Shown here one piece after another: positions 13,101 through 26,200 of a DNA stretch of 64,000 nucleotides (position 1 is its first letter; the number at the start of each line of letters is the position of its first letter). The notes beneath the pieces are model-generated. The model ran no database searches. It was not told the origin of the DNA and saw nothing but the letters and a program-made list of their open reading frames with translations. Location of the stretch: assembly GCF_964204645.1 (NCBI RefSeq), contig NC_134034.1, positions 6,980,914 to 7,044,913 of the forward strand. The letters are read 5' to 3'. A program made the position numbers and the translations under genes. The DNA comes from Tubulanus polymorphus. Its lineage: Eukaryota; Animalia; Nemertea.

Positions 13101-14689
13101 AAATAGGCAGTTTATACACCTGATGTCTTACATTAGAACGATTTGGTTTAGATTTGATGAATCCAATATTCATATTAAAACCTAATGATGGTGTTTGGTG
13201 TTCACTCTCTCCCATTTATAAGGGAAAAAAATCAAAAGTGGTGATGAGTCGCCCTCTTGCCCTCTGGATTGAAAACGTCATTTTCTAATTACTAGTGAAT
13301 TAAATGTTGAAAGGAGAATAGATTCAAGTAACGACATAACGGCTGGAAAACAATAGTGCAGTAAGCAAAGGCAAAGTAGGGGAAATATAGATTTAAGTAA
13401 TTTCAAGACAAAAGACACAAACAAAAGTGTTTAAAACGTGCGGACAAGTAAAGGGGTAATCAGATAAAAACCAAGAGAAGGAACATGAAAGGCGATAATC
13501 AGTGAGTGTGCGGATATTCAAATATATATACTTTTCTATTCGAGTTTCTCGTTTTGACTGAATTTATTGTGGGATTTCTGCCGTTATCATCTTACACAAT
13601 TTTTAAACGAATATTGTGTATCTTCTCGTCTCATCGTTTACCACGTTCAGTTAGGGCCTATAGCTAGTCTAAAGATTTACCAAGTGTAACAGGAAAACAA
13701 TATTCTATGAATTAATTAGATTCAGTCTTTCGGTGTTCGAGATAAAATGCAAAATAAGAATCTAAAGTAACAGGCCTGACCTCAAATTGCCCAACAGATA
13801 AATTTTCGAAAACGAAGCAATCCAATCGTGTTTGGTATCAAATAACTGTGATGGGGTGGGCTCTCATATAGTATTTAACTGACCAATGCATGACAACGGG
13901 CGGACGACTTCCTTCAAGATAAGGAAAAAGGTCCTGCATTACTAGACGGTTTCTCCAAAGCCAAATGATCCCTTTTCGGAGAAAATCTAGGGCGATTTCA
14001 TTGAAACAGCCATTTTTGCAAAAAGAAGGGAGGTTAAACTATGAAGCTTTATAATGAAAAAATATTTGAATCCTACCGTTAACACATGATCAAAATGAAT
14101 CACTTTCCTACATGGGTAGTTGTAAAAGCAACGAAAAATGCATCAAAATGTTGAAAATATAACTGTGTTTGTTTACTTCCGGGTTTCTCCACGTCTTGAA
14201 ATTGTAATAACCGCCAAAACACGCCACAGCTGACAACCGATCCGATCAGCCATTATTACGGTGAAGGAGACATATGTGGAGTCAAGTTTGTTAGGCCTAA
14301 TTAATGGACGGATTTAAAAGACACGAAGTATACACACGGTTCCTAAATCCGAAATTTCCTCATACTGATCCCGGATACAGATAATTAAAAATTGTCGACA
14401 TTTTTTGTCACATTTTTGAAATTTATGCACCCTTATTTTTATTTTCATGGAAATTTTCTTATAAAAAACCCTGTTTTAGGCCAGTCTTGGCTGAGCCTAT
14501 TACTAAAAAAATGGAGCGAATTTAAATGACATGGTTTCCAGAATAAAGGCTCTTTTACTGTGCAACTGAGCATATATTCATACAAATCATTCATTAGAGC
14601 ATTATCCATTCTCCAAACTCTACGTAGCTGAATTTTGAAAGAGGGCCTCGTTAAAATTTATATGAGCTTTTTCGCGAATATCTGATCGC

Positions 14690-15372
14690 AAAAATATTGG
14701 TTTTTAAAAGCCAATCAGAAAGCAAAGACTCCTCTATGATTGGCTTAGCCGCAGAAATCAGCAGGTGTTCACGTGAACCTGCGGTATCGTCTACCGTTTT
14801 ACTTCCGGGTTTTATTTTCAGATCTAAAATTGTATTTCAAGATCGATTTCTGTGAAAGCTTTAATTAATTTGGTTTTTGGGAGGAATATTTTTATCAGCA
14901 CTACAGAAAATATCATTGACCATTGTGAAAAGTCCGGGAAAAATAGCTTTTTCTTAACCGGATAGATGACCTTGATATGCTAATTAGCCATTTGCTCGAA
15001 CTACAAATTCAATCAAATTTAATTCACTAAAAAAAATATCAAATCCAATTCAATTTTACTTTATTGAACAAATAAAAACATCAAATCCAATTCAATTTTG
15101 TTTTATCGAGCACATTTCAGAAAATTCAATTCTATTCCGCATTGAAATCAATGAGACCAAGGGAAAAGATATATCTGAGGTATTTGTTCCTGCCAGATCC
15201 AGTCGCTGCCTGTGCTACTTTTGTATTCTACGATTGTATTGTGTAAATTATTAGGTATTGAGTCTGAGCTGGGAGTGTATTTTGACAAATTTAACCCACA
15301 GAATGTATCATCATTTGCCGTTTTATGAAAAGCTGACAGGCTGGCCATAGTGCCCCTTGGGGCTCTTGTTCA
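14690..15372. repeat. Interspersed repeat cluster with copies elsewhere in the window
   Basis: 14750-15060 is the reverse complement of ~44700-44990 (gttcacgtgaac...acttccgggtttt); 15333-15372 is the reverse complement of 43786-43825. Confidence 0.7.
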
Positions 15373-16236
15373 ATTATCTCGGGGATTTCCACACGTGATT
15401 GGAATCAATTCTATAACCCTTTCCCGTGAAATTAAGAACGCGGGTGCATCCCATATGTTGAAGGAAGTGGTTCGCCCGGGTGCATGACAGTACTGACCAT
15501 AAAGTAAGTCATCTGTTTCGTAAATAACGAAGTTGTTTGGCGTTAGTTTCATTCATTTTTCAAGTTCCAAGTCAAAAGCGAAACCCATCATGGAAAGTTT
15601 CTTTCTGGTTGTAAATGGTCACCAGGGGGCGTTGAATATTTAAATTGTTAGATTGTTGAGCATTTGAAACCAAGTGGGCATGGTGTCCCTGGACCCCTAG
15701 CCTAGATTTTCATAGAATTTAGTGGCTGAGTTTTGGCGGGTATGATGTGCACCTCTATCGAACATTGAGGTCATCGGCCATCAAATATGGCTGCCAGGGT
15801 TGTCATTTTGAATTTTCTGGTTAGAACAATACAGCCTTTGTTTATTGCAGCGGTGAATCTGCATGTGTATTGCTCAATCATTAAGAAATTATGTGTGTTA
15901 ATATACAAGAGATCAAGGGCTACCTACAAAAAAAATCACAAATATGTCTTTCCACTCAAGCCAAAAGTCAATTTTCAGCCCTCCTCGGGCTGATATACCG
16001 GACTAACATGACCATATCAAATCATATTGTAGTCTTAACAATGCCATGGATAGTGATATAGAGAACGTATCCCGATTGTTTACTAGAAGTGCCCTTCGTT
16101 AAATGAAAGTTCACTAAAAATAGATTGCAATACAATTTTATCAGTTCAATTTGAACATGTGTTTGATTGAATTTTTGTGTATCCTATTGGTCTATTATAT
16201 TGTTTACCTATGTTAAAATTCTGTTTTCTTTTACAG

Positions 16237-16488
16237 GTTTGGAAAACTCACAAATATAAACCGGTTGATGGGGCGGATGAAGTTAAACCCATCTATCAAC
16301 TGAATACATTCAACGAAGCACAAATTACATCTGATAATCGCATCAAATTTGAAGAACGATTACGAGCTGCAGGTGTTCACAATTCCGATTACGCTAGAGA
16401 GATGCTATCAATGGTGAAGCCACCAACGCAACCACGACGGGACATGGAATCAACATTATTTAATCGAGACAGCAGTTTGAAGCTATAG
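16237..16488 (+). CDS. CCDC148: Last coding exon of a host gene resembling the CCDC148 C-terminus
   Basis: Polypyrimidine tract + AG at 16235-16236. The peptide KPIYQLNTFNEAQITSDNRIKFEERLRAAGVHNSDYAREMLSMVKPPTQPRRDMESTLF resembles, from memory, the vertebrate CCDC148 C-terminus (..[39 protein letters not shown]). Confidence 0.62.
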   Translation, partial: VWKTHKYKPVDGADEVKPIYQLNTFNEAQITSDNRIKFEERLRAAGVHNSDYAREMLSMVKPPTQPRRDMESTLFNRDSSLKL

Positions 16489-17509
16489 TGCAACAATACA
16501 TTATGACAGAATTATCGTTTTTTAATTGTGATAATTCTTACCTTCGTGATTTGACTTAAATCTGGTGCTTTCATAATCATGTGGGTTTCTGTTGCTCTCC
16601 AGAGGTTTTAATGGTCTTTTTTCACAGAAAAGCTGATTGTTATTTTCTGGATTATCGTTTAATTGTTATTGATTATGACACTACGATTTATATATACGGG
16701 GGGGGGGGGGGTACATTCCCCATTCTTTACTGCCAATGTCAATGCGGACGTATCACTACACGATTGCTTAAACCCCTCCCATCTACCACATAACTAACGA
16801 GAAAAAATGCGATAGAATAACTTTTTGGACCATTAAATCAGAAATCTGGCGACGCTATGTTGTATTGATTAATTGAAATTATTAATTTGAGTCATTTTCA
16901 GCTGTTATATTTGACGTGAACGGAGTTACAATTTGAAGTAACTATGAAAATTAGAAGAGGACTCGGCGCTTTTTTTACTACAACTTTCAATCCATTTTAC
17001 TATCATTGGCATGATGTCATAGACGTCAACCAATGCTTAAATATGATATTCTAAGGAATTCAAACATAAAATCAAAGTATTTTGAGATCAAAAACTAATG
17101 ATGCAACATTAACAGTTGCCACGGATAATTTGAAAATGATTTATGGTAGTAAATATGAAATTGTAGAGAAATCTATTAGATTTTGAACCAATAAATAATA
17201 ATGCACCATTGCAAAAAACAATGCAATTTAAGAATATTTAATATTCGAAATAACTAATAGTTATATCGAGTTCAATGTCGCAGAGCAGAATTTTCCTTCG
17301 AGTGAGGTTTTATTCATATGACTTTATTTGCTTTCCGAACTGTGTAATTCGAAAACACGAATCAAGACGACAAGATTGCCAAACGTGTCACTCCACTATA
17401 TCCAGTAGCCGTGCTGCATTAACATGGCTAACCAGCATTGATCCCCGTTACAGTCAAACTGACGTACCGATCGATATCACCGATCTGGTCGAACCGACCT
17501 ATTATCTTA

Positions 17510-17970
17510 AGAGACGAAAATAGATAATACAATGTATTTTTTTCGACTTTATTTCACTACATGAAATTCACCCTACATGGCTGAATTTCCTAAATAGAAT
17601 GACCAAAGGAAAGAACACTCATATAGTCTCTTTAGATAAATTCATTTGATTCATTAATTTAATTTAATCCATTATCTTACGCAACAGACACGCAAGATCA
17701 ATCAATTTCCATACCCATAATATTCCACGTTAAAATACTCACCGACCAAATATCTACTCTAAAGAATGGTCCAGTTTCAGTCGTATTAATACTTTTACCA
17801 AAAGAGCACGGTCTAGCTACCTTAGTACTCAGAATACAATACATAAATAAGTGTAAATCGTACCTAAAGAGACGAAAATAGATAGAATACGATCTATTTT
17901 CAGCTTAATTTCATTACACGAAATTCACCCTACATGGCCGAATTTCCCTAAATAAAATGACCAAAGGATC
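17510..17970 (+). repeat. Diverged ~100-bp direct repeat pair
   Basis: agagacgaaaataga...gaaattcaccctacatgg...aatgaccaaagga at ~17510-17610 and ~17868-17968. Confidence 0.7.
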
Positions 17971-18527
17971 GGCTGACAGATTAGTACCTGAACTTGTCAC
18001 AGAGGCGCACCAATACAGCGAAACAGTTTTAACCAATTCAATCCAAATTCCATAGAGATTGAAAGCAAAAATAACTCTATTACATTAATTAAAGACATGG
18101 GTTATAAATAATCAAACATTTGTTTAGAATATGATACAGTAAGCATTGAAAATATTGCAAATACAATTCAAACGCGATGATTTTTGGGGTCATATTTGTC
18201 CTAGCAACTTTAAACACCTGAAAATTTTCAGTACAACAAAAAAATTTAAAAATTCTCTCAGAAAGCCCATAGGGACACATATGGGCATACTATGTTGACA
18301 TCTGGCGGCAGATTTGATAACCTTTAAGTTTTTACAATGAATACATAATGGCGGCCCCCATGGAAATGGAGAGTGCATGAATATGCGTGTAGTCATCCAG
18401 CCACAGATTATAGACCAGGTGACACTATTGTTGTTAGATGTTATCTATAGTACTGGTTGCACACGTAGGCCTTGTTCTTAGTGTGATAAATGATGAGGAT
18501 GGTTCCAGTCAGGTGTGTTATTCAGCG

Positions 18528-19061
18528 GGGTCACATACGTCCCTATGGTTCTTTATGTCTTATGCAAAATTGCATAATTAGTATTCAAAATACTATTTAC
18601 AGGGAAAAACTATGGCCTACTGTATATGTACTGTGTATGCATTACTGGATCAGAGATGTATTATATTTACCTAATTTTTCTTTCTTGTACATGTTTACAG
18701 AATGTGACCGGACAATGTCCACCTTCATCGAGATGTCCAATTACAAAAAGAGGATGTGCAATCTGATAAATATGCCTACTAGCGAATGCAGTTACAAGAA
18801 CACGAATGCCGTGCTTTGTATTGAGTAGATAAAACGGACCAAAAATGTGACATGAATGCAAGGATGGACTTTGTTTCACGCAGACACGTTTCCGTCGCCA
18901 TGAGTACCGTTATAATTGAACTTTACAATGTCTAATTGGTATTAAGGGACTGTTAAGATGCTGAATGTGCCTATTTTGTGATATTACGAAATTTGGCAAC
19001 TCTACTATTTTTCCAATATTTATGACTGACACATACATTCCCCCAGGGACGTATGCGACCC
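18528..19061. mobile_element. MITE-like segment bounded by 17-bp imperfect inverted repeats
   Basis: gggtcacatacgtccct (18528) / agggacgtatgcgaccc (19045-19061); no TSD identified. Confidence 0.45.
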
Positions 19062-21237
19062 ATTTTCAAAATGTAGGTCAAAGTTCCCAAATTTCAAAAA
19101 TGAAACCTGGGTTGTACTTTGCTATGCTGTAGCTGCAATAAAATGCATTTTCATTATTTTTGTGTGGTTGCAATTGGTCTTGGGTTCTCTTGGGTTAAAA
19201 ACTTTTTTCATAGTAAACATCGGAGCACATCATCTGGAAAACATCGTAGGCTACAATAGGAATCATATCATGTGCAACATTGATTGTTCAAACCATGGAC
19301 GTATAAACCAGATCAAACAAGTAAAAACTTCATCTAGTTTATACATCCACGTTCATACTAACAATCACTCTGTAGATCTATTCGTAAATAAACACGCCAC
19401 TGTACGCCGCCTTTATTGCAAATATCGCCGTAAATCAGAGTCTGTTTCCATCGTATGGAAAATAACGTATGGTCAGCTATTTTCTATTGCGGTGGATCTT
19501 AATTCCTTCCGTTTTCCTACCGTTAATTCAATTCGTTTCGGTGTCGGTGCCATCAAATGAAATAGTTTTAATTACCGTGCGTATCTTACTGGAGGGCTAG
19601 GCTTGCAGCAAAGTGAGGTGGTCATATCGTAATGTTATTAAAGATCAAGTTACTCATCTTTTACGATGGCGGTAAATCGGGAAATATTGTAATACATTTG
19701 TATCAGTATGCGATGGGCGGTAAATCGAGGTTTTCCTGCACATTTTAGATACGAATGTTTAGTTTCCCATGAAATCCAGGCGGAAGGCGAGGTTGGCGAT
19801 GAATCGGGGGAAGGTTTGTAATTGGTACAAAAGATGTCACATTCCAATCGAATTTTCGTTGGGGGTAGGAACATTTAACATCATGTAAAAATTGTGCGTC
19901 AAATTTTTCTTTAAAAAACAACTTTTCAATCATTGATTCTGGATAAAATGACTTTGAAATCGCCTTCAAAGAGGCATTATATATAAAATCTAAAAAACCA
20001 AGTATTAACAAACAACTTTCCACACATGGTGTCTCATTTTTACTGAACGTATTTTGGATGTGTTTATAATCCATTTGTAGTTTGTAAACTAGGCCACTTC
20101 ACGCCTGCATGATATTCTCTGTAATTAGTAACAGTATACTATGCATAGTTTGTATCTTTTCATGTCATTTCTTCAAGAGAGGAGTCGAAATCGATCGAAA
20201 CGTTTGAACATGTAAATAAACTCATTATCCTCATGAAGATTGTGATAGTTGCGTTTTTATTATTATTTAACTGGATACTCTTCCGAAATTATAGAAACAA
20301 ATTGAATGGTCCAACTGGTTTCAGTAGAGTAGGGCTCTTTGAAGCCATCGTGTGTCTAGAACAGACATAACACACATAGCGTGTTTATACATTGGCCTAT
20401 GTACTTGTGGGCGATTCATCAAATGATTTTTGCTTATTAACAAATTGCAAAAATCTCTTTGAAAAATTTGGGGGCCCATTTTCGAGCCCGTGGAGCCCAA
20501 ACGGTTAATCGTAGACAGGGCGTGCCATTGACTTTTTTAGCCTCCAGGCTGTTATGAACAACTTTCATGCTCGGCCGAAGCTGAAAACTCAAAAGACAAA
20601 AATTTTTCTCACATAGTAATTTTTCGATGTCAGAATTTTCAAAAGTAAAACGCCCCCTGGTGGGTTAACGGGGTCCCCAATCAAAGATCCCTTCGACATA
20701 CCTCAAGGTACCTGTGATCCGTACAACTGACGAAAGTTTCAAGTAAATCCGTCAAGGAATATTGTAATGCTAACAGAATATAGCCATCCAGGCTCTCGCA
20801 TATAGATACCGTAGCTGCATTCATTAGCTCTCTATCCAGGGAAGTTACTGCAAGGATGCTATTGCTTGTATATGCGGCACAAAAATTCCTCAGTTGCGTT
20901 CACTCGAGACTGACCCCATTCAGTGCGCCACATATATATAAAGATACTAAAAAACTACAGATCTAGTACACCAGCTCTATCACTGCTTATAGGGACACTG
21001 ACACAAACAGACGCACTGACGCGCCGTGGGAATGACACGTAGGCAATACACATACGTAGATGGATACTGTTTGAATCGGGCTTAAATTTCGATGTTTAGA
21101 GGCTCAATTCTGATTAATATCACGTACAGTATTTGTCAATGCAGCGTAGTACTTGTGATACAGAATGGTTTCACCGACAGTAAAAGTAAGTTGCAGTTGT
21201 TTATATCCTTTCAGTAAGATCCAGTGTGAAAAAAATA

Positions 21238-21340
21238 GAATAATAATAATAATAATAATCAGCAGGAATACAATAGGGTTTGCTGCGAAGGCAGCAGAAA
21301 CCCTAATAATAATAATAATAATAATAATGATAATAAATAT
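21238..21340. repeat. (AAT)n microsatellite flanking a hairpin, Helentron/HINE-type end
   Basis: agggtttgctgc-gaag-gcagcagaaaccct between AAT runs; related to 28520-28699. Confidence 0.6.
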
Positions 21341-21712
21341 AGCTGCAAAGCAGCGATAACGGGTTTTCTGCACAGTCTTAGAATCCTGTTCAACGGTGGA
21401 TTTCGACAACGCATTTGATAAGGCTCAACATCAGCCATTACTAAACAGGCTATTAGGAAACAGTATCAATTATAGGTCGCCAAAATGGCTCAGCAGTTAT
21501 CTCTGAACGGAAACTTGTAACCGAAATCAACGGAACGCCTCATCTTGGAATGAGACGGTCTAACTAGTGGAGTCACGCAAGGTAGTATCCTAAGTCGTCT
21601 TCTGTTTAATGTCCTGACAAATGACATACACAGTAATCCAAAATATACCAGACCGAGTAAATTTCCAAAACCACCTGAACACACTGTTCGACCAAAAAAC
21701 TTAATGTTCCGA

Positions 21713-21955
21713 CAAAACCACGGGCGACAAAACCAAAATTATGAATTGTCGCGGGTGACAAAAACCAAAATATTGAATTGTCAAGGGCGACAAAACAAAA
21801 ATAATGAATTGTCGCGGGTCATAAAACCAAAATAATGAATTGTCGCGGGCGATAAAACCAAAATATTGAATTGTTGCGAACGACAAAAACAAAATATTGA
21901 ATTGTTGCGTGCGACAAAACCAAAATAATGAATTGTCGCGGGCGACAAAACCAAA
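21713..21955. repeat. 31-bp satellite, short left block (~8 units)
   Basis: Same unit as 23208-27733. Confidence 0.9.
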
Positions 21956-23207
21956 CTAGGGGTCCAGGGACACCATGCTCACTTGGGAAGTGGTTTCAAA
22001 TGCTCAACAATCTAACAATTTCAATACATAACGCCCTCTAGTGACCATATACAAAAACCAATGGCATTGAAACCCACCACAATCATAGAACATGTGAGCA
22101 GCTTTGATTTTGTAGTTGATTGTGATAACAAAATATGCCTCGTTACCAATTTAATATGGAAATACTAAGCCATTCTACTATTCAACGCCCCCTGGTGACT
22201 ATATGGAATAACTAATGTCCTTAAAAACTCACCACAATCATAGACGATGTAATGAACTACAACTTTGCAATGGATCATGGTAACAAACTATGCCTAGGTA
22301 CCAATCTAATAAGGAAAAACTAAGCTTTTCTACTATTCAACGCCCCCTGGTGACTATATGGAATAACTAATGTCCTTAAAAACTCACCAAAATCATAGGC
22401 GATGTCATGAACTACAACTTTGCAATTGATCATGGTAACAAAATATGCCTTGGTACAAATATAATATAGCAATACTAAGTTATTGTACTATTCAACGCCC
22501 CCTGATGGCCACATACAAAAACCAATGACCTTGAAACTCACCAAAATCATAGAACTCGTTATGGGCTACAACTTTCCAATTGAATATAGTAACACAATAT
22601 GCTCAGGTATCAATTTAATGTGGAAAAACCTTTTCCCACCTTCGAATGAGTACTGATGACACCAAGATGGCCGCCAATTGCCTCATAATTGGCTGATCAA
22701 AAATACCTGTCCCAGGTATAAAACACCCCTCTCTAAAGAATACCCATCAGCAATTGCAATGAGAAATGGCAAACCAGTAGGAACCTACATGACCTAGAAT
22801 TCTGGCCAAAATTTTTGGGCACTAAAAAGGTCATAGGACGGCCATCTTGAGTCGGATCGACCCAATTTTCATATGCTGATGGGCCTTTGGTAGATTCAAA
22901 TATAAACGAAAGATCAAGGTAATTGATCAAAGCGTCTTCAAAATTTCCCACGAAAACTTCGAAAATGTTTAAAAAGTGCTGATTTTGGCAAACAACAATG
23001 GCTACCAGTCGGCCATCTTGAATCTGACGGGGCCAGTTTTTGGGCTGACGATGTGTCTAGGGTAGACACATGTATAAACCAAATATCAAGACATTACCTT
23101 GAAGCGTCTTCAAAACTTCCCAAAATAACTGGATTCCGTCTATGGACGGCGACCGGACGAAAAGTGAACACAATAGCCCGCTGATACTAAAGTCCCAAGT
23201 GGACTGA
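21956..23207. mobile_element. Helentron-type non-autonomous element with internal ~130-bp tandem repeats, inserted into the satellite
   Basis: Starts ctaggggtccagggacaccatg (reverse copy at ~15670-15700); internal repeats ttcaacgccccctggtgac...; ends ggacg...aaagtgaacacaatagc plus hairpin; inserted in an A-run of a satellite unit; related copy at 43786-44583. Confidence 0.65.
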
Positions 23208-26200
23208 AAAAGAATTGTCGCGGGCGATAAAACCAAACTAATGAATTGTCGCGGGTGATAAAACCAAAATATTGAATTGTCGCGGGCGACAAAACCAAAC
23301 TAATGAATTGTCGCGGGCGATAAAACCAAACTAATGAATTGTCGCGGGCGATAAAACAAAAATATTGAATTGTCGCGGGCAATAAAACCAAAATAAAGAA
23401 TTGTCTCGGGCGATAAAACCAAAATAATGAATTGTCTCGGGCAATAAAACCAAAATAATGAATTGTCGCAGGCGACAAAACCTAAGTAATGAATTGTCGC
23501 GGACGATAAAAACAAAATATTGAATTGTCGCGGGCGATAAAACCAAAATAATGAATTATCGCGGGCGATAAAACCAAAATAATGAATTGTCGCGGGCGAT
23601 AAAACCAAAATAATGAATTGTCGCGGACGACAAAACCAAAATATTGAATTGTCGCGGGCGACAAAACCAAAAAAAAAATTGTCGCGGGTGACAAAAACAA
23701 AGTATAAAACCAAAATAATGAATTGTGGCGGGCGTCAAAACCAAAAACAAGAATTGTCGCGGGCGACAAAACCAAAATAATGAATTGTCGCTGGACATAA
23801 AACCAAAGTAATGAATTGTCTTGGGCGATAAAACCAAAATATTGAATTGTCGCGGGCGACAAAACCAAACTAATGAATTGTCGAGGGCGACAAAACGAAA
23901 ATGGTGAATTGTCCAGGCGACAAAATCAAAATGGTGACTTGTCTCGGGCGACAAAACCAAAATAATGAATTGTCGCGGGCGATAAAACCAAAATAATGAA
24001 TTATCGCGGGCGATAAAATAAAAAAATATTGAATTGTCGCGGGTGATAAAACCAAAATAATGAATTGCCGCGGGCGACAAAACCAAAATATTGAATTGTC
24101 GCGGGCAACAAAACCAAAATATTGAATTGTCGCTGGACATAAAACCAAAGTAATGAATTGTCGTGGGCGATAAAACCAAAATATTGAATTGTCGCGGGCG
24201 ACAAAACCAAACTAATGAATTGTCGAGGGCGACAAAACCAAAAAAAGAATTGTCGGGCGACAAAACACAAATAATGAATTGTCGCGGGCGACAAAACCAA
24301 AATAATGAATTGTCACGGGCGATAAAACCGTAATAATGAATTGTCGCGGGCGATAAAACCAAAATAATGAATTTTCTCAGGCGACAAAACCAAAATAATG
24401 AATTGTCGCGGGCGATAAAACCAAAATATTGAATTGTCGCAGGCGATAAAACCAAAATATTGAATTGTCGCAGGCGATAAAACCAAACTAATGAATTGTC
24501 GTGGAAGATAAAACTAAAATAATGAATTGTCTCGAGCGACAAAACCAAAATAATGAATTGGCGCGGACGATAAAACCAAAATAATGAATTGTCTCGAGTG
24601 ACATAACCGAAATAATGAATTGTCGCGGACGATAAAAACAAAATTTTGAATTGTCGCGGGCGATAAAACCAAAATAATGAATTGTCGCGGGCGACAAAAC
24701 CAAAATGGTTAATTGTCACGGGCGAAAAAACCAAAAAGGTGAATTGTCGCGGGCGAAAAAACCAAAATGGTGAATTGTTGCGGGTGACAAAACCAAAATA
24801 ATGAATTGTCGCGGGCGATAAACCGTAATAATGAATTGTCGCGGGCGATTAAACCAAAATAATGAATTGTCTCAGGCGACAAAACCAAAATAATGAATAA
24901 TCGCGGGCGATAAAACAAAAATATTGAATTGTCGCAGGCGATAAAACCAAAAAAGAAAATTGTCGCGGGCGACAAAACCAAACTAATGAATTGTCGCGGG
25001 CGATAAAACCAAACTAATGAATTGTCGCGGGCGATAAAACCAAAATAATGAATCGTCTCGGGCGACAAAAACAAAATATTGAATCGTCGCGGGCGACAAA
25101 ATCAAAATAATGAATTGTCGCTGGAGATAAAACCAAAGCAATGAATTGTCGAGGGCGATAAAACCAAAATAATGAATTGTCGCGGGCGACAAAAACAAAA
25201 TATTGAATCGTCGTGAGCGACAAAATCAAAATAATGAATCGTCGCGGGCGACAAAACCAAAATAATGAATTGTCGCGGGCGATAAAACCAAAATAATGAA
25301 TGGTCTCGGGCGACAAAACCAAAATAATGAATTGTCGCGGGCGATAAAAAGAAAATATTGAATCGTCACGGGCGATAAAACCAAAATAATGAATTGTCGC
25401 GGGCGATAAAACCAAAATTATTGTTTTCTCGCGGGCGACAAAACCAAAAAAAAAATTGGCGCGGGCGATAGAAACAAAATATAAAACCAAAAAAATGAAT
25501 TGTCGTGGGCGATAAAACCAAAATATTGAATATTCGCGGGCGATAAAACCAAAATAATGAATTGTCGCGGGCGATAAAACCAAACTAATGAATTGTCGCG
25601 GGCGATAAAACCAAAATAATGAATCGTCTCGGGCGACAAAAACAAAATATTGAATCGTCGCGGGCGACAAAATCAAAATAATGAATTGTCGCTGGAGATA
25701 AAACCAAAGCAATGAATTGTCTCAGGCGACAAAACCAAAATAATGAATAATCGCGGGCGATAAAACAAAAATATTGAATTGTCGCAGGCGATAAAACCAA
25801 AAAAGAAAATTGTCGCGGGCGACAAAACCAAACTAATGAATTGTCGCGGGCGATAAAACCAAACTAATGAATTGTCGCGGGCGATAAAACCAAAATAATG
25901 AATCGTCTCGGGCGACAAAAACAAAATATTGAATCGTCGCGGGCGACAAAATCAAAATAATGAATTGTCGCTGGAGATAAAACCAAAGCAATGAATTGTC
26001 GAGGGCGATAAAACCAAAATAATGAATTGTCGCGGGCGACAAAAACAAAATATTGAATCGTCGTGAGCGACAAAATCAAAATAATGAATCGTCGCGGGCG
26101 ACAAAACCAAAATAATGAATTGTCGCGGGCGATAAAACCAAAATAATGAATGGTCTCGGGCGACAAAACCAAAATAATGAATTGTCGCGGGCGATAAAAA

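Noticed and set aside
20165-20270. Penelope-like pseudo-LTR / minimal hammerhead (..cgaaacgtt..aataaa)
   Set aside because: Core too degenerate and no RT or GIY-YIG sequence nearby.
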